Positions 27,307 to 41,263 of a stretch of 64,000 bases of DNA are shown here, one piece after another. The notes under the pieces are model-generated. The model saw only the letters and a program-made list of their open reading frames with translations, was not told the DNA's origin and searched no databases. This DNA comes from Eledone cirrhosa (Eukaryota): contig OZ024746.1 in NCBI GenBank assembly GCA_964016885.1, forward strand, positions 27,776,001-27,840,000. Reading direction: 5' to 3'. Positions within the stretch are counted from its first letter, which is position 1. Every line of letters begins with the position of its first letter. Made by a program: the position numbers and the translations under genes.

Positions 27307-27814
27307 CACACACACAAACACACACATACATATACACATATCTACATATATATATATGCCTGTGTATTAGGTCGCCCTTAGCAATAGGTAATTTCCCGAA
27401 AGTTAAAATGTTGCTGTTCCCACCTCCTAATCCTGTTTCTATCAACAAAATCACGGGGTGTGCCAAATTTCAGCTCATCTGAATCGGACAACTGTTAGGC
27501 GACCCTCAAAGGTTGAATCATAGTATACGCAACGATTAATTCTCTTCAAAAGCGGTATACTGTTCCCTATCTGGATCATTTTCTTTTTTCTTCGAAGAGA
27601 AATTTATGTGGACACATCCAGGCAACCCCCAGCAAATATTTCAAAAACGTTCTGAATCAAATTTATCAATAGTTAATTTGAAAAATTCCCGAAATAACAT
27701 GAAAAACTTAACAAATATTAGGTTTTCTTAATAAAGCACACAACTTCTATAATTGAAACGCATTTTTATCTACAACAATAATTTCTATAAAATCAAAAAC
27801 ATAATGTGAACACT

Positions 27815-28126
27815 TGGCAGTATCGGTAGAGGGTCGGACGCCATGCTTTGACGCATTGAGTTACGGCCCTTGCTATTCTGAGTTCAAATCCCGCCGAGGT
27901 TGACTTTGCCTTTCATCCTTACGGGGTCGATAAAATAAAGTGCCCATAATACACTGGAGTAATAACTGGCCTTGTGCCAAAAGTAGAAACAATTATTTTT
28001 GCATTCTGAGTTCAAATCCCGCCGAGGTTAACTTTGCCTTTTATCCTTACGGGGGTCGATAAAATAAAGTACCAGTAATACACTGGGTATTTACTGGCCT
28101 TGTGCCAAAAGTAGAAACAATTATTT
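27815..28126 (+). mobile_element. SINE plus tandem partial SINE
   Basis: TGGCAGTATCGGTAGAGGGTCGGACGCC head; the B box-to-tail segment is repeated from about 28003. Confidence 0.9.
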
Positions 28127-28532
28127 TTGCATAAGAGAGGATTTAGGGGCAGTTGAGTATGTTTTATGGTTTTCGGTAATGATCTAAAAAACAAATTGTT
28201 TCTCAGTTTCATCGTTTGTGAGAATATTATTATAATCCTGAATGAGTTTGACACCTCTTTCTTTCACAACTGTCGTCTCAAGTTTTTCAAGTCAACTTTT
28301 GTAACCAGGATCATCCTTTTATGTTGAAGGGCCTTTGTCGAGGAAATCGGTGGTGATAGAAAATCTCGTGAAGAAAGGTTTTGTACCAGGAGTTACAAAA
28401 GTGAAAACTCGGTGTTTGTAAAGGAAGAAAAGTCATTTTGGTGCAGAATGTACCTCTACAGTTCATTTTTTCTACTTCCTCTTCTTCACCTTTGTCTGCT
28501 TCCAACAAAACTTGAGCAATATTTGCCTTAAC

Positions 28533-29050
28533 CTCTCCTTGCTCTCCTTTTCTCCGTACACTCCTTGCTCTCCTTGCTCTCCTTTTACCCTTGCTTTCCT
28601 TGCTCTTCTTTTCTCATTGCTCTCCTTGTTCTCGTTTTCTCCTTCATCTCTCGGCTCTCCTTGCTCTCCTTTTCTCATTGCTCTCCTTGCTCTCCTTTTC
28701 TCCATCCTCTCCTTACTTTCCTTGCTCTCCATTTCTCATTGCTCTCCTTGATCTCTTTTTCTCCTTGCTCTCATTTTCTCCTTGCTCTCCTTGCCCTCCT
28801 TGCTCTAATTTTACCCTTGTTCTCCTTGTTCTCCTTTTCTCGTTGCTCTCCTTGCTCTCCTTGCTCTCCTTGCTCTCCTTGCTCTCCTTTTCTCATTGCT
28901 CTCCTTGCCCTCCTTTTCTCCTTGCTCTCCTTGCTCTCCTTGCTCTCCTTGCTCTCTTTGCTCTTCTTTTCTTATCGCTCTCCGTGCTCTCCTTTTCTCT
29001 TTGCTCACCTTGCTCTCATTGCTCTCCTTTTCTCCTTGTTTTCCCTTTCT
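28533..29050. repeat. Degenerate 9-bp pyrimidine minisatellite (CTTGCTCTC)n
   Basis: Direct inspection. Produces the spurious SPC/GEQ repeat ORFs. Confidence 0.9.
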
Positions 29051-29157
29051 TGTATCTCTGGACTTATTTATATATAAATACAATGAGAAAAGGAGACCAA
29101 TGAGAAATATGAAAGCAAGGATAGTAAGGAAAGTATATATATATATATACATATCAT

Positions 29158-29288
<131 letters not shown>

Positions 29289-29310
29289 TATCATATATAT
29301 ATATATATAT

Positions 29311-30050
29311 AGGAGGTCATAAAGCATGGCTTCGACGCTGTAGTCTTCACTTCCCAGCTCGAGCCGGTGGGGCTGGACCGAGGGGACGGCAAAAGGCCAG
29401 ATGGCATGACCATCTCCCTGTTCACGGTAGCAAACCCCTCGTCTGGGATGCCACTTGCACCGACACTTTCTCCAACCGCAACCTGGTGCAGTCTGCGACT
29501 AACCCAAGTTCTGTTGCACGTCGGGCTGAGGAGGCCAAACTCTTCAAATACCGGTCGTTCTCCGACAGGTTTGCGGTTGTACCCTTGGCAGTGGAGACTT
29601 CTGGTGTCCTCGGCCCTAGGGCTACCTCCCTACTCACCACCATAGGCGCTGAGCTGGCCAGCCGCAGGTGTGAGCCCCGCGAGTTGGAATGGCTTTTCCA
29701 GCGCGTCTCCCTTGCCGTCCTCCGGCGAACGCCTTCTCTGTTCTGTCCGCCGGGGCTGTGGGGAGGCCATCAATATGATTGACTTACTTGTCATTTTATC
29801 AGTCAGATATTTTTAGACCCGTTGTATGAATAACATTACAAATTAATTTACTATTACTATATTGACATAAGGGAAAGAGCTAATTGTATATCAAGCTATC
29901 TACGTGCAAGATCTGTTATAAAACTACTATTGTATAGTATTGAATATTTACCATTACGGTTCCTTTCTACTTTCACTTCACTAAATTACTGAGTGATAAA
30001 CTAAGCAGTCACAGTAAAACAGTCAAATTTATGGAATCCATGGTTTATGC
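29311..30050 (+). mobile_element. CRE-clade non-LTR retrotransposon 3' end (restriction-like endonuclease plus 3' UTR) in (TA)n
   Basis: [62 protein letters not shown]-rich, flanked by (TA)n at 29310 and 30051. Confidence 0.85.
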
Positions 30051-30109
30051 TATATATATATATATTACTCAATACCGAGTGCTCATTTCTTTCAGCTGTC
30101 AACCACATA

Positions 30110-30494
30110 ATGGTGGCCCTTAGCAATAGGTAATTTTCCTAAAGTTAAAATGTTGCTGCTCCCACAGCGAAAAATGGGGTGTTTGCCCTATACCTGCACT
30201 CTGTCACCAGCTTGGCAAGTTGCCTTCCCCATTATATTTATTGTCACTCATTCTTCTAATACCAAGAATAAGTCTGAACAGTTTTTAATTTAAGAGAAAA
30301 TTATATAAGAGATAAATATTTTTGATCTGAAAAAATATCTTTCCGGGCGAAAACTTCAAAATTTTGATGAGGGTCCCCTCGCAGTTGTCCTCTTGAGCTA
30401 AAGTTTTGCTTAGAATAGTGTTTTGTTAATTGTAACAAGATGGGGGGCTGGGAGCTAAACTTTTAGAAAGTTGAAAAATAAGGGCCACCCTTAG
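30110..30494. mobile_element. MITE with GGTGGCCCTTA terminal inverted repeats (possibly PIF/Harbinger-like); related copy at 27367-27506
   Basis: GGTGGCCCTTA near 30112 and TAAGGGCCACCC-TTA near 30479-30493. The left end CCCTTAGCAATAGGTAATTT..AAAGTTAAAATGTTGCTG is shared with 27375-27420. Confidence 0.6.
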
Positions 30495-33189
30495 AAAATA
30501 AGTTTATATCTAAAAAAAAAAAATAAAAAAATAGGTACTTGTGACGTTCCACTGCCCAGTGAAGTCGCGTGAGTTACAGGTGCTCACTATCGGAAGGGCA
30601 GTTCGATTTCCAGAGTGGGATATCTGTATCATTCAGAAAGGTAATTCATTGTATTTTACTCCAGTCTAGTCAACTGAAAAGAAATACCACCAGCAGCATC
30701 TGCGAGTTAACTTTATGATGGAATTTACTTTCAGTCTTATACTTTCAGCCACTTAAACCGCTATAATCTTTGGTCTGATAAGCCTAGGGGCTTTAGAACT
30801 ATTTTAACTTAAAATTACTCCAACACAATCAGATGCACCTTGATTTTGCTGGGCTATGTGTATCATTATCTAGGGGTATAGAATCGTGCGGGTATAGAAT
30901 AGTGTGCATATAATACACCTGGTTTGCATTGTATGGCATATATTTTGTTGTTTCTGTTTTATTTTAGTGACTTGTCGCTTTACTGTGTACAATATGTTCT
31001 GTGTACGTTGTGTTATTTGATTGTGTAGAGATTGAATAGTGTCGTGTGTGTTGGGTAAAGATTGTTGAGTGTTTGTGATGTATGTGTTGTGACGTGTTAT
31101 TGTGTATAGATTGTATAAATTTTGTAATGCGTGTGTTGTGTCGTGTTGTGTAAATTGAGTAGAGATTGTATAGACTGGTATATGTTGTGTTATTTTGTAG
31201 GATAGTGATTGTATAGAATGTTTGATGTCTATGTTGTGTTATTTTGTAAGATAGTGATTGTATAGAATGTTTGATGTCTATGTTGTGCTATGTTGGTGGG
31301 TAGTGATTATACTTTCTATGTAATGTGCGAGGTTGTCATATCATTGAGAGTTAATGATGTATAATATGATTTGTCTGAATTGTTGAGAGGCGGATGTGTG
31401 CCTGTGTTTGAATATAAAAACGCGAGAAAAGCTACCATTACACATAACAGAGTTTACTTATTTGTTGGAAACTAATGATTGCCCGACACCCACCGCTACC
31501 TACCTAGTAATGTTCAGTACCAAATAGATTGACTACACCCAACTGCACCCAAATATTGGTCTCCTCAAAGAATGGAATAACATTTGAACATTATATACAC
31601 AGTGTTTATGTTTCTTGTCGTAAGATTGTTGAACTAAATATATTTCTTACTCCCAGCCAAACTTTTGGGTGTTCATCATCAAATCCCAGTAGGGTGCCGT
31701 ATCTCTGCCAAAATCAATACTCACTGCTGTAATCTATTTACATTCTAAATGAGCATGCTTGTTAATTAGGTGCGGTTTAAACAGCTAAAATAGCTATAAT
31801 TATGTAAATGTTTCGTTAGCTTTCTGTGTCTACTTCCATACTTGCTTTGGGACATAGAGCAAACATTGGAGAATTTAATCTATAAGTATTTATCGAAAAG
31901 GAGGCTGTAGATACTTCATCTAGAGGTCATTCAAGTTACATAGTGGTCTTCTGATCTCCTTTTCACCTACGTTTCAATGCACTCTAATTTACTTCGACTC
32001 TAACTAACTCTTCACTTGAAAAACAGAATATTAACCCCATCTGGTCACTGCGACTTTTTAGTTTTTCGACGCTTTTTATCGATTTTGCAAATAAGAAATA
32101 TAAATTGAGTTTTACACTTGGAGATCACAATCACTGAATGCCAAGTCCAAAGAGCCAAAGTTATTCACAAAAGCAAAACAAAACAAAAATGAAAACAAAA
32201 ATATATAAAAATAAAAAAGATAAGATTATATATTCTTTGAAAATTCCTAATGTATCGACTCTTGTTCGAAAGAATTCCATTTATTTTCATGCCGTTTTAT
32301 AATATTTTGGCATCAGGAACTTAACGTTCAATGCTGGGACATGAGAAGTGAGATCGATTTTTGCTGGGTTGTCAAGGCAACCATCTTCATTTAAGTAATT
32401 CGGCAAACATGGTTTAAGATGTATATGTTCCACCCTCTTCACCAGATAGAATTGTTTACATAGCTATCAGAATTTATAACCACATTGCCTAGGATTGGCT
32501 GTTTACATAGCAGTCTGCAGGATTGCAAGTAGTAATGAATCTGATAAACTATGAGAAACAAAGAAATAAATTGTATATTCCTTAACTCTTTCAGGACTGG
32601 TCTATTGATTTTACGTTCGTGTACGTTTGCCCCTCGCCCAAAATAAAATAGAATAAAATGAAATGAAATAGAAATAATAAATAGATCAATATAAAAACAG
32701 TGAATATATCCGGTTTTATATGTTTACTTGCTTCTAAAATCGGCTTTCTACAGTTTCTCCTCAATTGGTTGGAATAAAACGGTTTTAAAGAACAAAAGTT
32801 GTGTTTATACGCCAAACTTGGTTTTCAAGTATGATGGATGTGATTGCGTAGTTGTGTAGCTTGTCTAAAAAGATTTAATAACATCAGTTTGTGTTCTAAA
32901 AATTTCCATCAGTAAATAATAGTCCTAGGCTAGAAGTTGACACGAACAGAAATTAAAATGTTTGTGAGGGATATAAGGAACAGCTTGTACATACACACGT
33001 ATAGAAAATTGCCGACATTGATTTTGCTCTTGATAACTAATGTTCTGTTCAGTTTATGAAACACATATGGAACACTTATACATACATATGAATGTACATG
33101 TATTTCATTGTTTCAGTATGGGTGGATATGTGAGTGTGTGTCAGCATGTGTTTGAGAACATGTATCAGTCTATTTAATGTGTGCGTATG

Positions 33190-33274
<85 letters not shown>

Positions 33275-34863
33275 AAATGTTTGAGAGTGCGTATATGTGT
33301 GTCTGTTTATACCTATTATGAACTGAAAATATTAGTATAACTTGTCTTTAGTACTTCGCAGTAAACTTTTTCCTATTGGTAATTTTTGTAACGTTTTATT
33401 ATTTTACTAAAAGTGTACAAACATACAGTTTGCTGCAAATGTTTACTGTCAATATGTCAGAAGAAAGAATACGATAAAATAGTCGATATACATTCAAAAC
33501 TAGAAGCACAGATAAGATCGAATTTTCAGCACATTTAACGACGTTTCCAAACCTGTGATGGCGCACTGCATACGAAGAGAGAATATTGGACAGTATTTGT
33601 AAACTTTTAACATTACAATAAAAAGAAATTTTTGCAAGTTAGCAATATCTCCTCGGTAAATTATTGATATATATATATACTACAGACATGTTTGGCGTGT
33701 GCATGCAAATTTCCATGGAGAAGCTGAGGTTGCAAGTAAACTAACGTTACTGCTTTAAACAGTTATCATTCATATGGCAGATTTAGCTAATATATCAATT
33801 TCCATTATATATACTTTATATTAAAGCGGCGAATTAACAGAATCCTTTGTAACGTTCGATTATGAATATTTACGTATTTGATATGGCTCATTCGGCTCTC
33901 AGTTCAAATCCCGCCAACGTCAACCTTGTCATTCATCTTTTAGAGGGCAATAGAAAGGTAACAATCCAGTCCGTTTGTCCTTCTCTTGTACTGGAAGAAA
34001 TTGGCTGTAATTTAAAATACTCAAAGCACGTCTTGTGTCAGGATGGCGTCCCTGCGACTCCAACATGAGTTGAAGCCCATCACCTATGTGTCATTGCTCA
34101 CCAATACGCTACAGCCTCTGGCCTACAAACGCATTATTTGTCTCTTCTGTGTTAGAACGTCGGATATCATACTTTGTAATATCTTTTCTTATCTCCTATT
34201 CTGAGTTTGCCTGCCACGTGACTGTTGAAAAACTACATCTGCCTTTGCCTTAGTTCTGGTCATTTCTCCTTGACAACATATATATCGGTGACGTGACTTT
34301 GGCTGGTTCCATGTCCAATGCACACGGTCACTTCCAACATTCCCTTCTATTCATATCGTCAACTTTAGTGTATCGATCTCATCTGTCTCGATGTATCTTC
34401 CTAAACAATAGCTACACAATTTTCCATCCAGCCAGAGGTAATTAAAAATGTATTGAAAAAAGAACAATATGCTTTATTCATTAAGTATTGTTTCCTAACG
34501 TCCTCAAAACGTTAAAGTACATGAAATTTGCCTGTGTTGTGAAACCCATTTGTATGCGCCATAGCAACACGGAACTGCTTTTATTATTCATATATTTGTA
34601 TTATCTCATAGATACTGAATGATTCCACAGATTATTATCAATAGAAAATACGAACGTAACATAAATCTCTTGGGCATGTTTATAATTATAATAGGAAATA
34701 CAACATTGAAATAAAGAAGGAGACACGTTATAAGTTAACCAACGAATATATGAATATATATGAATTGCTGCTGTAAGTGGGTTTACATACGTACGCAAGA
34801 ATAATGAACATTACAACAACAATTTAGATAATGAAATATCACAATAGATAATCTCTCTATCTC

Positions 34864-35019
<156 letters not shown>

Positions 35020-35087
35020 TAATAGATATATATATATATATATACAGATGCACATATACACACTCACACCCTCTCTCAAACACACAG

Positions 35088-35123
<36 letters not shown>

Positions 35124-35471
35124 GCACTACTCACAATTACACATACATGTATTATGTGTAAATATGAATTGATTATTTGGTAGTATAATGAACCTCTTAC
35201 TTTTCCTCATTTGCAATTTATCTTTCATTTCATCCTAGACTCGCTGATCTGATTCGGTATCCACAGAATATATTTGCATATATATTAGATGACTATATAT
35301 ATATAAGAGGAAAATTTAAGATGCGGGAAGACTTGTGGATGCTCATGCAATAAATGATGTAATAGTAGTAGGAGGATAGTAGAAATAGAGTAGGGGTGGG
35401 AGTGAAATTTATAGAATAACGGGGAGGGGGCTCAAAGCCAGAAGAAGAATAGAAGTGTTTAAGAAATTTCA

Positions 35472-35689
35472 TTATCTAATCCTTACAAGGGCGGTGGATT
35501 GGCAGTATCAGTAGAGGGTTAGACGCCATGCTTTCTAGCATAGTTACGTCCCTTTATGGTCTGAGTTCAAATCCCATCGAGGTTAACTTTACCTTTCATC
35601 CTTACGGGGTCGATAAAATAAAGTACCAGTAATGTACTGGGTAATTGCTGGCCTTGTGCCTAAAGTAGAAAGAATTATCTAATCCATAC
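35472..35689 (+). mobile_element. Full-length SINE with ~17-bp TSD
   Basis: ATTATCTAATCC(T/A)TACA on both sides; A and B boxes present. Confidence 0.88.
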
Positions 35690-35751
35690 ATACAAATTGT
35701 TACCCTCCATCATCCCGAGATCAGCAGGAGAGTTGCACGAACTACCTCCGC

Positions 35752-36040
35752 ATTTTCCAGGCTGACGAGGAGAGTCTGGGAGAACAGAAAACTAACCACA
35801 AATACCAAGATTGCTGTCTACAAGGCGTGTGTCCTCGTCACACTTCTATACATCAGCGAGACATGGAGCCTCTAATTCAGTCAGGAGCGGCGTCTCATTG
35901 TCTTCCATCTTCGTAGCCTGAGACGCCTTCTGGATATCAAGTTGACCGTCCGGGGTCACCAACACTGAGGTCCTCAACTGCGCCAAGATACCCAGCATAT
36001 ACACCCTGCTCAAACAACACCGTCTGCGCTGGCTCCATAC
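35752..36040 (+). pseudogene. RTE (BovB-like) LINE fragment, post-RT region
   Basis: SRLTRRVWENRKLTTNTKIAVYKACVLVTLLYISETW...FHLRSLRRLL...VTNTEVL...LLKQHRLRW. Confidence 0.88.
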
Positions 36041-36044
36041 AACT

Positions 36045-36740
36045 CTCACTCTATCCATCACTACAAACGCTCCCCCTCTCTATACCTATCAATACCTATC
36101 TCTATCTACCATCGCACTCTATTCATTACTACCAAACTCTCTTCTTCTCTATATCTACCATACAACACTCTCTCACATTCCCTTTCAGTCTATCCATCAC
36201 TACTATACGCCTCCCCTCCCATCGCTATATTTACTACACGGAACTCTCTTCCAATCCCCCTCTCTATATCAATTACCACCAAACTCTCTCTCCTCTTTAT
36301 ATCTGCTACACGGGACTCTTTTCCAATCTCCCTCTCTCTATCAATATAAACCAAACTCTCCCCCTCTCTATATCAATTAGCACCAAACTCATCCCCTCTC
36401 AATATCTAATATACAACACACTCTCCCAACGTGCCTCTCTATATCAATTACTACCAAACTACCTCTCTCTCTATATCTACAGTACAACACTCTTTCTCAT
36501 TCCCTCTCATTCTATCCCTCACTACGAACGCTCCCCCTCTCTATACTTACCAATACCTTCCTCTATCTACTCTATTCCCTTTCACTCTATTCACTACCAA
36601 ACTCTCCCCATCTCTACATCAACCATACAAAACTCTCTTCCAATCCCTCTCGCTATATCAATTTACACTAAACACTCCCCCTCTTTATATCAATTACTAC
36701 CATACATATATCTATCTCTCCCATCTTTCTCTACATAACA
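36045..36740. repeat. Degenerate C/T/A-rich minisatellite
   Basis: Recurrent CTCTCTATATCAATTACCACCAAACTCTC. Confidence 0.8.
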
Positions 36741-36917
36741 TGTCCATACATTGTAGCACATCTCCAAATAGATGTGCGTAATTTGGGTAGAAAAATATAA
36801 TTATTGGTGGTGGTGATGGTGGGGGAGACATGCCCCCCCTCCCCCAAGTTCCACGGCCCTTGAGTTGATGGTACTTGTTAAACTGGACGACTGACATTCT
36901 ATCAGTCAAGTAGTGCA

Positions 36918-37115
36918 AAGCAAGATCTCATTTTAACGGAGTTCTCCAAGAAGCAAGATCTCATTCTAATTGGATTTTCCATGAAGCAAGTTGTTCTTCT
37001 AACTGGTACTCCAAGAAGGAAGATCGCTTCCTTATGGGCTTCCCAAAGAACCGAGATCTTATTCTAGCGAGTGTTCCCAAGAAGCAAGATCTCATTCTAA
37101 CAGGCTTCCCCAAGT
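36918..37115. repeat. ~35-40-bp tandem repeat, about six copies
   Basis: Recurrent CCAAGAAGCAAGATCTCATTCTAA. Confidence 0.8.
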
Positions 37116-39668
37116 AGATCTATATCATTTTTTCCCTGGTATTTCAAAGGAAAAACATAGCTCCATAAATTGATGAAAAGATCCGATATTTATTATTCTT
37201 CCTCTCTCGTTTCCGACGGTGAGCATTTGGTTGTTTAAACAACTGAACATCAAAGTGGCAATTGGTCGTGCATTCTACAGATACGTGTATTCTGAATGTA
37301 ATTCCCAAGTAAAATCATGAGAATCCAATATGTAATACAGTTGGATCTTTGAATGACAGTTACACTATATTTACCCTGTTTCTTCCACAAGTCTATATTA
37401 AATACATTTTTCAAAGATACAATGCAGCGGGATCGAACCAGGAACTTAATTATTGTGAAATGATCTTCTAAAATACTCATACACGAGTCCGTCTGCAAAG
37501 GGGCGTTTGTGTTTGTACGAGAATTGTTTTCTCCGGTTATATTAGCTGTTTAGGTATCAATGCTTTGTGGGCATGTGTAGTTTACTTTAATGTATTTTTT
37601 TTTATTAAACATCTTATGGTATCTATGTTCTGTGGGGAGATTGTTTATTTCTAAGATTTAAGAGAATCCAGGCAACATAACGAACATTTAAACGATAGGA
37701 AACATTTTATTCCATCATATTTCGTTTTCCATTTTCGTTTACGAATATTGACATTGTTCTCTGTGTAATTTAATGTTTCTTTGGGGATGTGGTCTATTAA
37801 TGGCTTCAAATATAGAAAAAGCTTGTTTGAGCTTCTAATAAAATATACTCAACCTATTTTAAGTATTGAATATATATTTCCCATTGTATTTAAATATATA
37901 TGTGCATATATATGTGTGTGCGTGTGTGTGTGTGTGCACATACACACACACACACACACATATATATACATAATTATATATATATATATGTGTGTGTGTG
38001 TGTATGTGTGTGTATAGAGAGAGATACATATATATATATATATGGTGTGTGTTTGTGTGTGCAGGCATTGTGTGCATATAAGGCAAATGAATACAATACA
38101 GTACACATTATACAATATTGTTATGTAATGCACCCTAACATGTGCACGGAACTCATAACTTTTTACATATCTATTGATATGAATATAACTGCACACACAT
38201 GCACATATTCTGAAACTGATACAACTCACCATACACTACACGTCCATACTTTCTTACATAACTATTTTTTTCATACATCACATTTCTTTTTAGAATTATA
38301 TAGATTTTTTACATAACATTTGACAAAATAAATATGTAAATGAAATCTCGGCCAATTTGTATAATTCACTTTTCGTCGATAGAACATTTCTATTTTTTTT
38401 TCCTCAATGAAGCCTAATGAAGCAAAACGAAGCCAAGATGTGAGCCGCTCTGTTGATACACTGCGAATGAATCATGCTATGCAACTGTACCAAACAGAAA
38501 TTGAGATCTTGTAATGAAAATAAAAAAAAAGAAAAGGAAATGTTAGAGAAGGTGTTTGAAGCGTAGTGAAGTTGGAAAGAAACTCAATATATTCAGATAC
38601 ATTATAGAAGCGAAAAAAAAAATCATGTTCATAGGATGAAAAAAAACATTAAAATATTGTAAATGAAACAAACAGCAGGGAACATAGATGAAAAATATTG
38701 TTTCTGAAGAGTAACAAGGTAGAAAATATTTTATCTATATGTGCTGCTAAAACCTGACAGATAAGTTCATGGAGGAAGTGGTGAATCAACGTCTTCATCC
38801 TATCAGGTAAAAAATATTGTAATCGTCAAAATGTTTAAGACGGTTATGGGAAAAAACTCGAGAGACTTTCAATGTCAGAAAAAAAAAAAAAAAGAAAGAA
38901 ATTTCTGAAAACTACAGAAACATTTCTGCGCCAAAAAGATGTTAAACACACGTTTCTGATGGAGGACAGAAAACTGTTAAGTGTTAATAGAGAAACATTA
39001 ACACAGTGGAATAACATTAACATTGAAACATAAACATACACATTTAAGGTATCTATATACAAGGGATGTTCGAATAAGTAGAAAACGTTTTTGCACGTAT
39101 CTCCGAATTGGAGAAATTGCGCTATATATAAATATGCATATTTTGTGGGGTGGGATTTATTTGTTTCGTTTAGGAGATTAGAGGAGGCAAAAATCTTTTG
39201 AAATAGTTCCATTCTAGTTAAAGCTAGTAAACGTCTTTCCATACCCACTTTAACATCAAATATATACGCAACCTTATAGAAAACTTACGAAATATGCAGA
39301 GGTCAAAAAAGAAAAAAATATTGAAAATTCACAGATGTTATTTGGAGGAAATCATATCAATTCATAGCCATCGTAATATTAAAATTTTTCTCTTTTTTAT
39401 TTTGTATTTGTATTTGAATATGTAAAAGAAATCTTAAATCTCTTTCTATGTAAAATTAGAATTTGACATTTTTGTTGTATTTGTTGTTTGGCTTTAGGTC
39501 AGTTCCTTTTCATAAATCTTTAAATAAACAGTTCGAATCTAGCTATCGAAACGGTCAGAACTCAGCCACCAGGGTCCTGACATTTTTCCTATTACCCACT
39601 CGACTACCCTAAGTATCGAGTACTCTGGTGCGTTATGGTCCACCTGGTTTCTAACCACACTTTCTTTG

Positions 39669-39702
<34 letters not shown>

Positions 39703-39706
<4 letters not shown>

Positions 39707-39949
39707 CGTTTCTGAATTTGTTTAGCAAGATTCTTTATCTGAAATCGTGTGTTGAAACCGATATTGTTATACTTTGGGAGGGTCATGTTGCCAATAAGAA
39801 ACACACGCATGTGTTTCTTATTGGCAACATGCGTGTGTTTCTTATTGGCAACATGATATTGTTATACTTTGAGAGGGTCATGTTGCCAATAAGAAACACA
39901 CGCATGTGTTTCTTATTGGCAACATGACCCTCCCAAAGTATAACAATAT
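39703..39949 (-). mobile_element. Naiad-type PLE 3' tip with multiple internal inversions
   Basis: Reverse complement of the tail at 63819-63874, followed by alternating-orientation pieces of CATGTTGCCAATAAGAAACACA. (TA)n on both sides. Confidence 0.9.
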
Positions 39950-40248
39950 ATATATATATATATATATATAGTAATAATAATAAATTTGCTTAAACTTTAT
40001 TCTGTTATTTTAATATATATATATGTATATATGAGACGAATCCCGATGGGAATCGGGAAATGACCGCAATTTTAAAAGGGTACTCAAGACGCTGGTAAAA
40101 TATAGGCATCATTGGATTGGCAGTATCGGTAGAGGGTCGGACGCCATGCTCTCCAGTATAGAGTTACGGCCGTTTACGTTCTGAGTTTAAATTCCGCCGA
40201 GATTAACTTTGTCTTTCATCCTTACATATATCCTTATATATATATATA

Positions 40249-40330
<82 letters not shown>

Positions 40331-40335
<5 letters not shown>

Positions 40336-41003
40336 GGAATAGAATGAAACGAAATTTCATTTCTCACTCTTAGTAGGGCACTTACTTAAATGTAAGTATG
40401 TATGTATGTATACGTACATACATATATGTATACAGACGTACAGTAGTATGTATATATATATACATACATGCACACACATATATATGCACGTATCGGTTTA
40501 CCGAACATTTATTATAATGCTCGGTTTGTTTGTTTAAACAAACAAACAGTCCGAATTACGCCGTACAGTGTTTAGGCAACCACGTCACCTTTTTGTTCAA
40601 CACTGACACAGGAACGATGCACTAATTTCAAGCTTATTAGCTATCGTCAGCATCGTATACCTTCCTGCCAGATGGTTGAACGTCTGAAAGTATTTACTTT
40701 CCTTATGCATATTAACGGCTGAGCAGCCTTATTTTGCATATCGAGTGAGTTCAGTCGGCTGGGCGCACCGAAAACGATAAATGGAATAGAATGAAACGAA
40801 ATTTCATTTCTCACTCTTAGTACGGTACTTACTTAAATGTAAATATGTATGAATACGTACATACATATATGTATACAGACGTACAGTAGTATGTATATAT
40901 ATACATACATGCACACATATATACATGCACGTATCGGTTTACCAAACATTTATTATAATGCTCGGTTTGTTTGTTTGTAAACAAACAAACAACCCGAATT
41001 ACG
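40331..41003 (-). mobile_element. Non-coding ~445-bp hammerhead-containing repeat present as a 1.5-mer (retrozyme-like)
   Basis: Direct repeat of 40331-40560 at 40778-41003, hammerhead motif in between, (TA)n flanks. Confidence 0.7.
40614..40656 (-). ncRNA. Minimal type I hammerhead motif, cleavage triplet degenerate (GUG)
   Basis: Minus strand: ACGATG-CTGACGA-T-AGCT aata AGCT-T-GAAA-TTAG-TG-CATCGT, with a 6-bp stem I. Confidence 0.7.
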
Positions 41004-41084
41004 TCTCATATATATATATATACATGTATATATAAATATATATGGAAAAAAATGAAAAGAAATTTCATTTCACACTCTTACATA

Positions 41085-41263
<179 letters not shown>

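Noticed and set aside
28472-29152. Collagen-like GEQ repeat or Cys-rich protein
   Set aside because: 9-bp pyrimidine minisatellite open in several frames, with no splice or start context.
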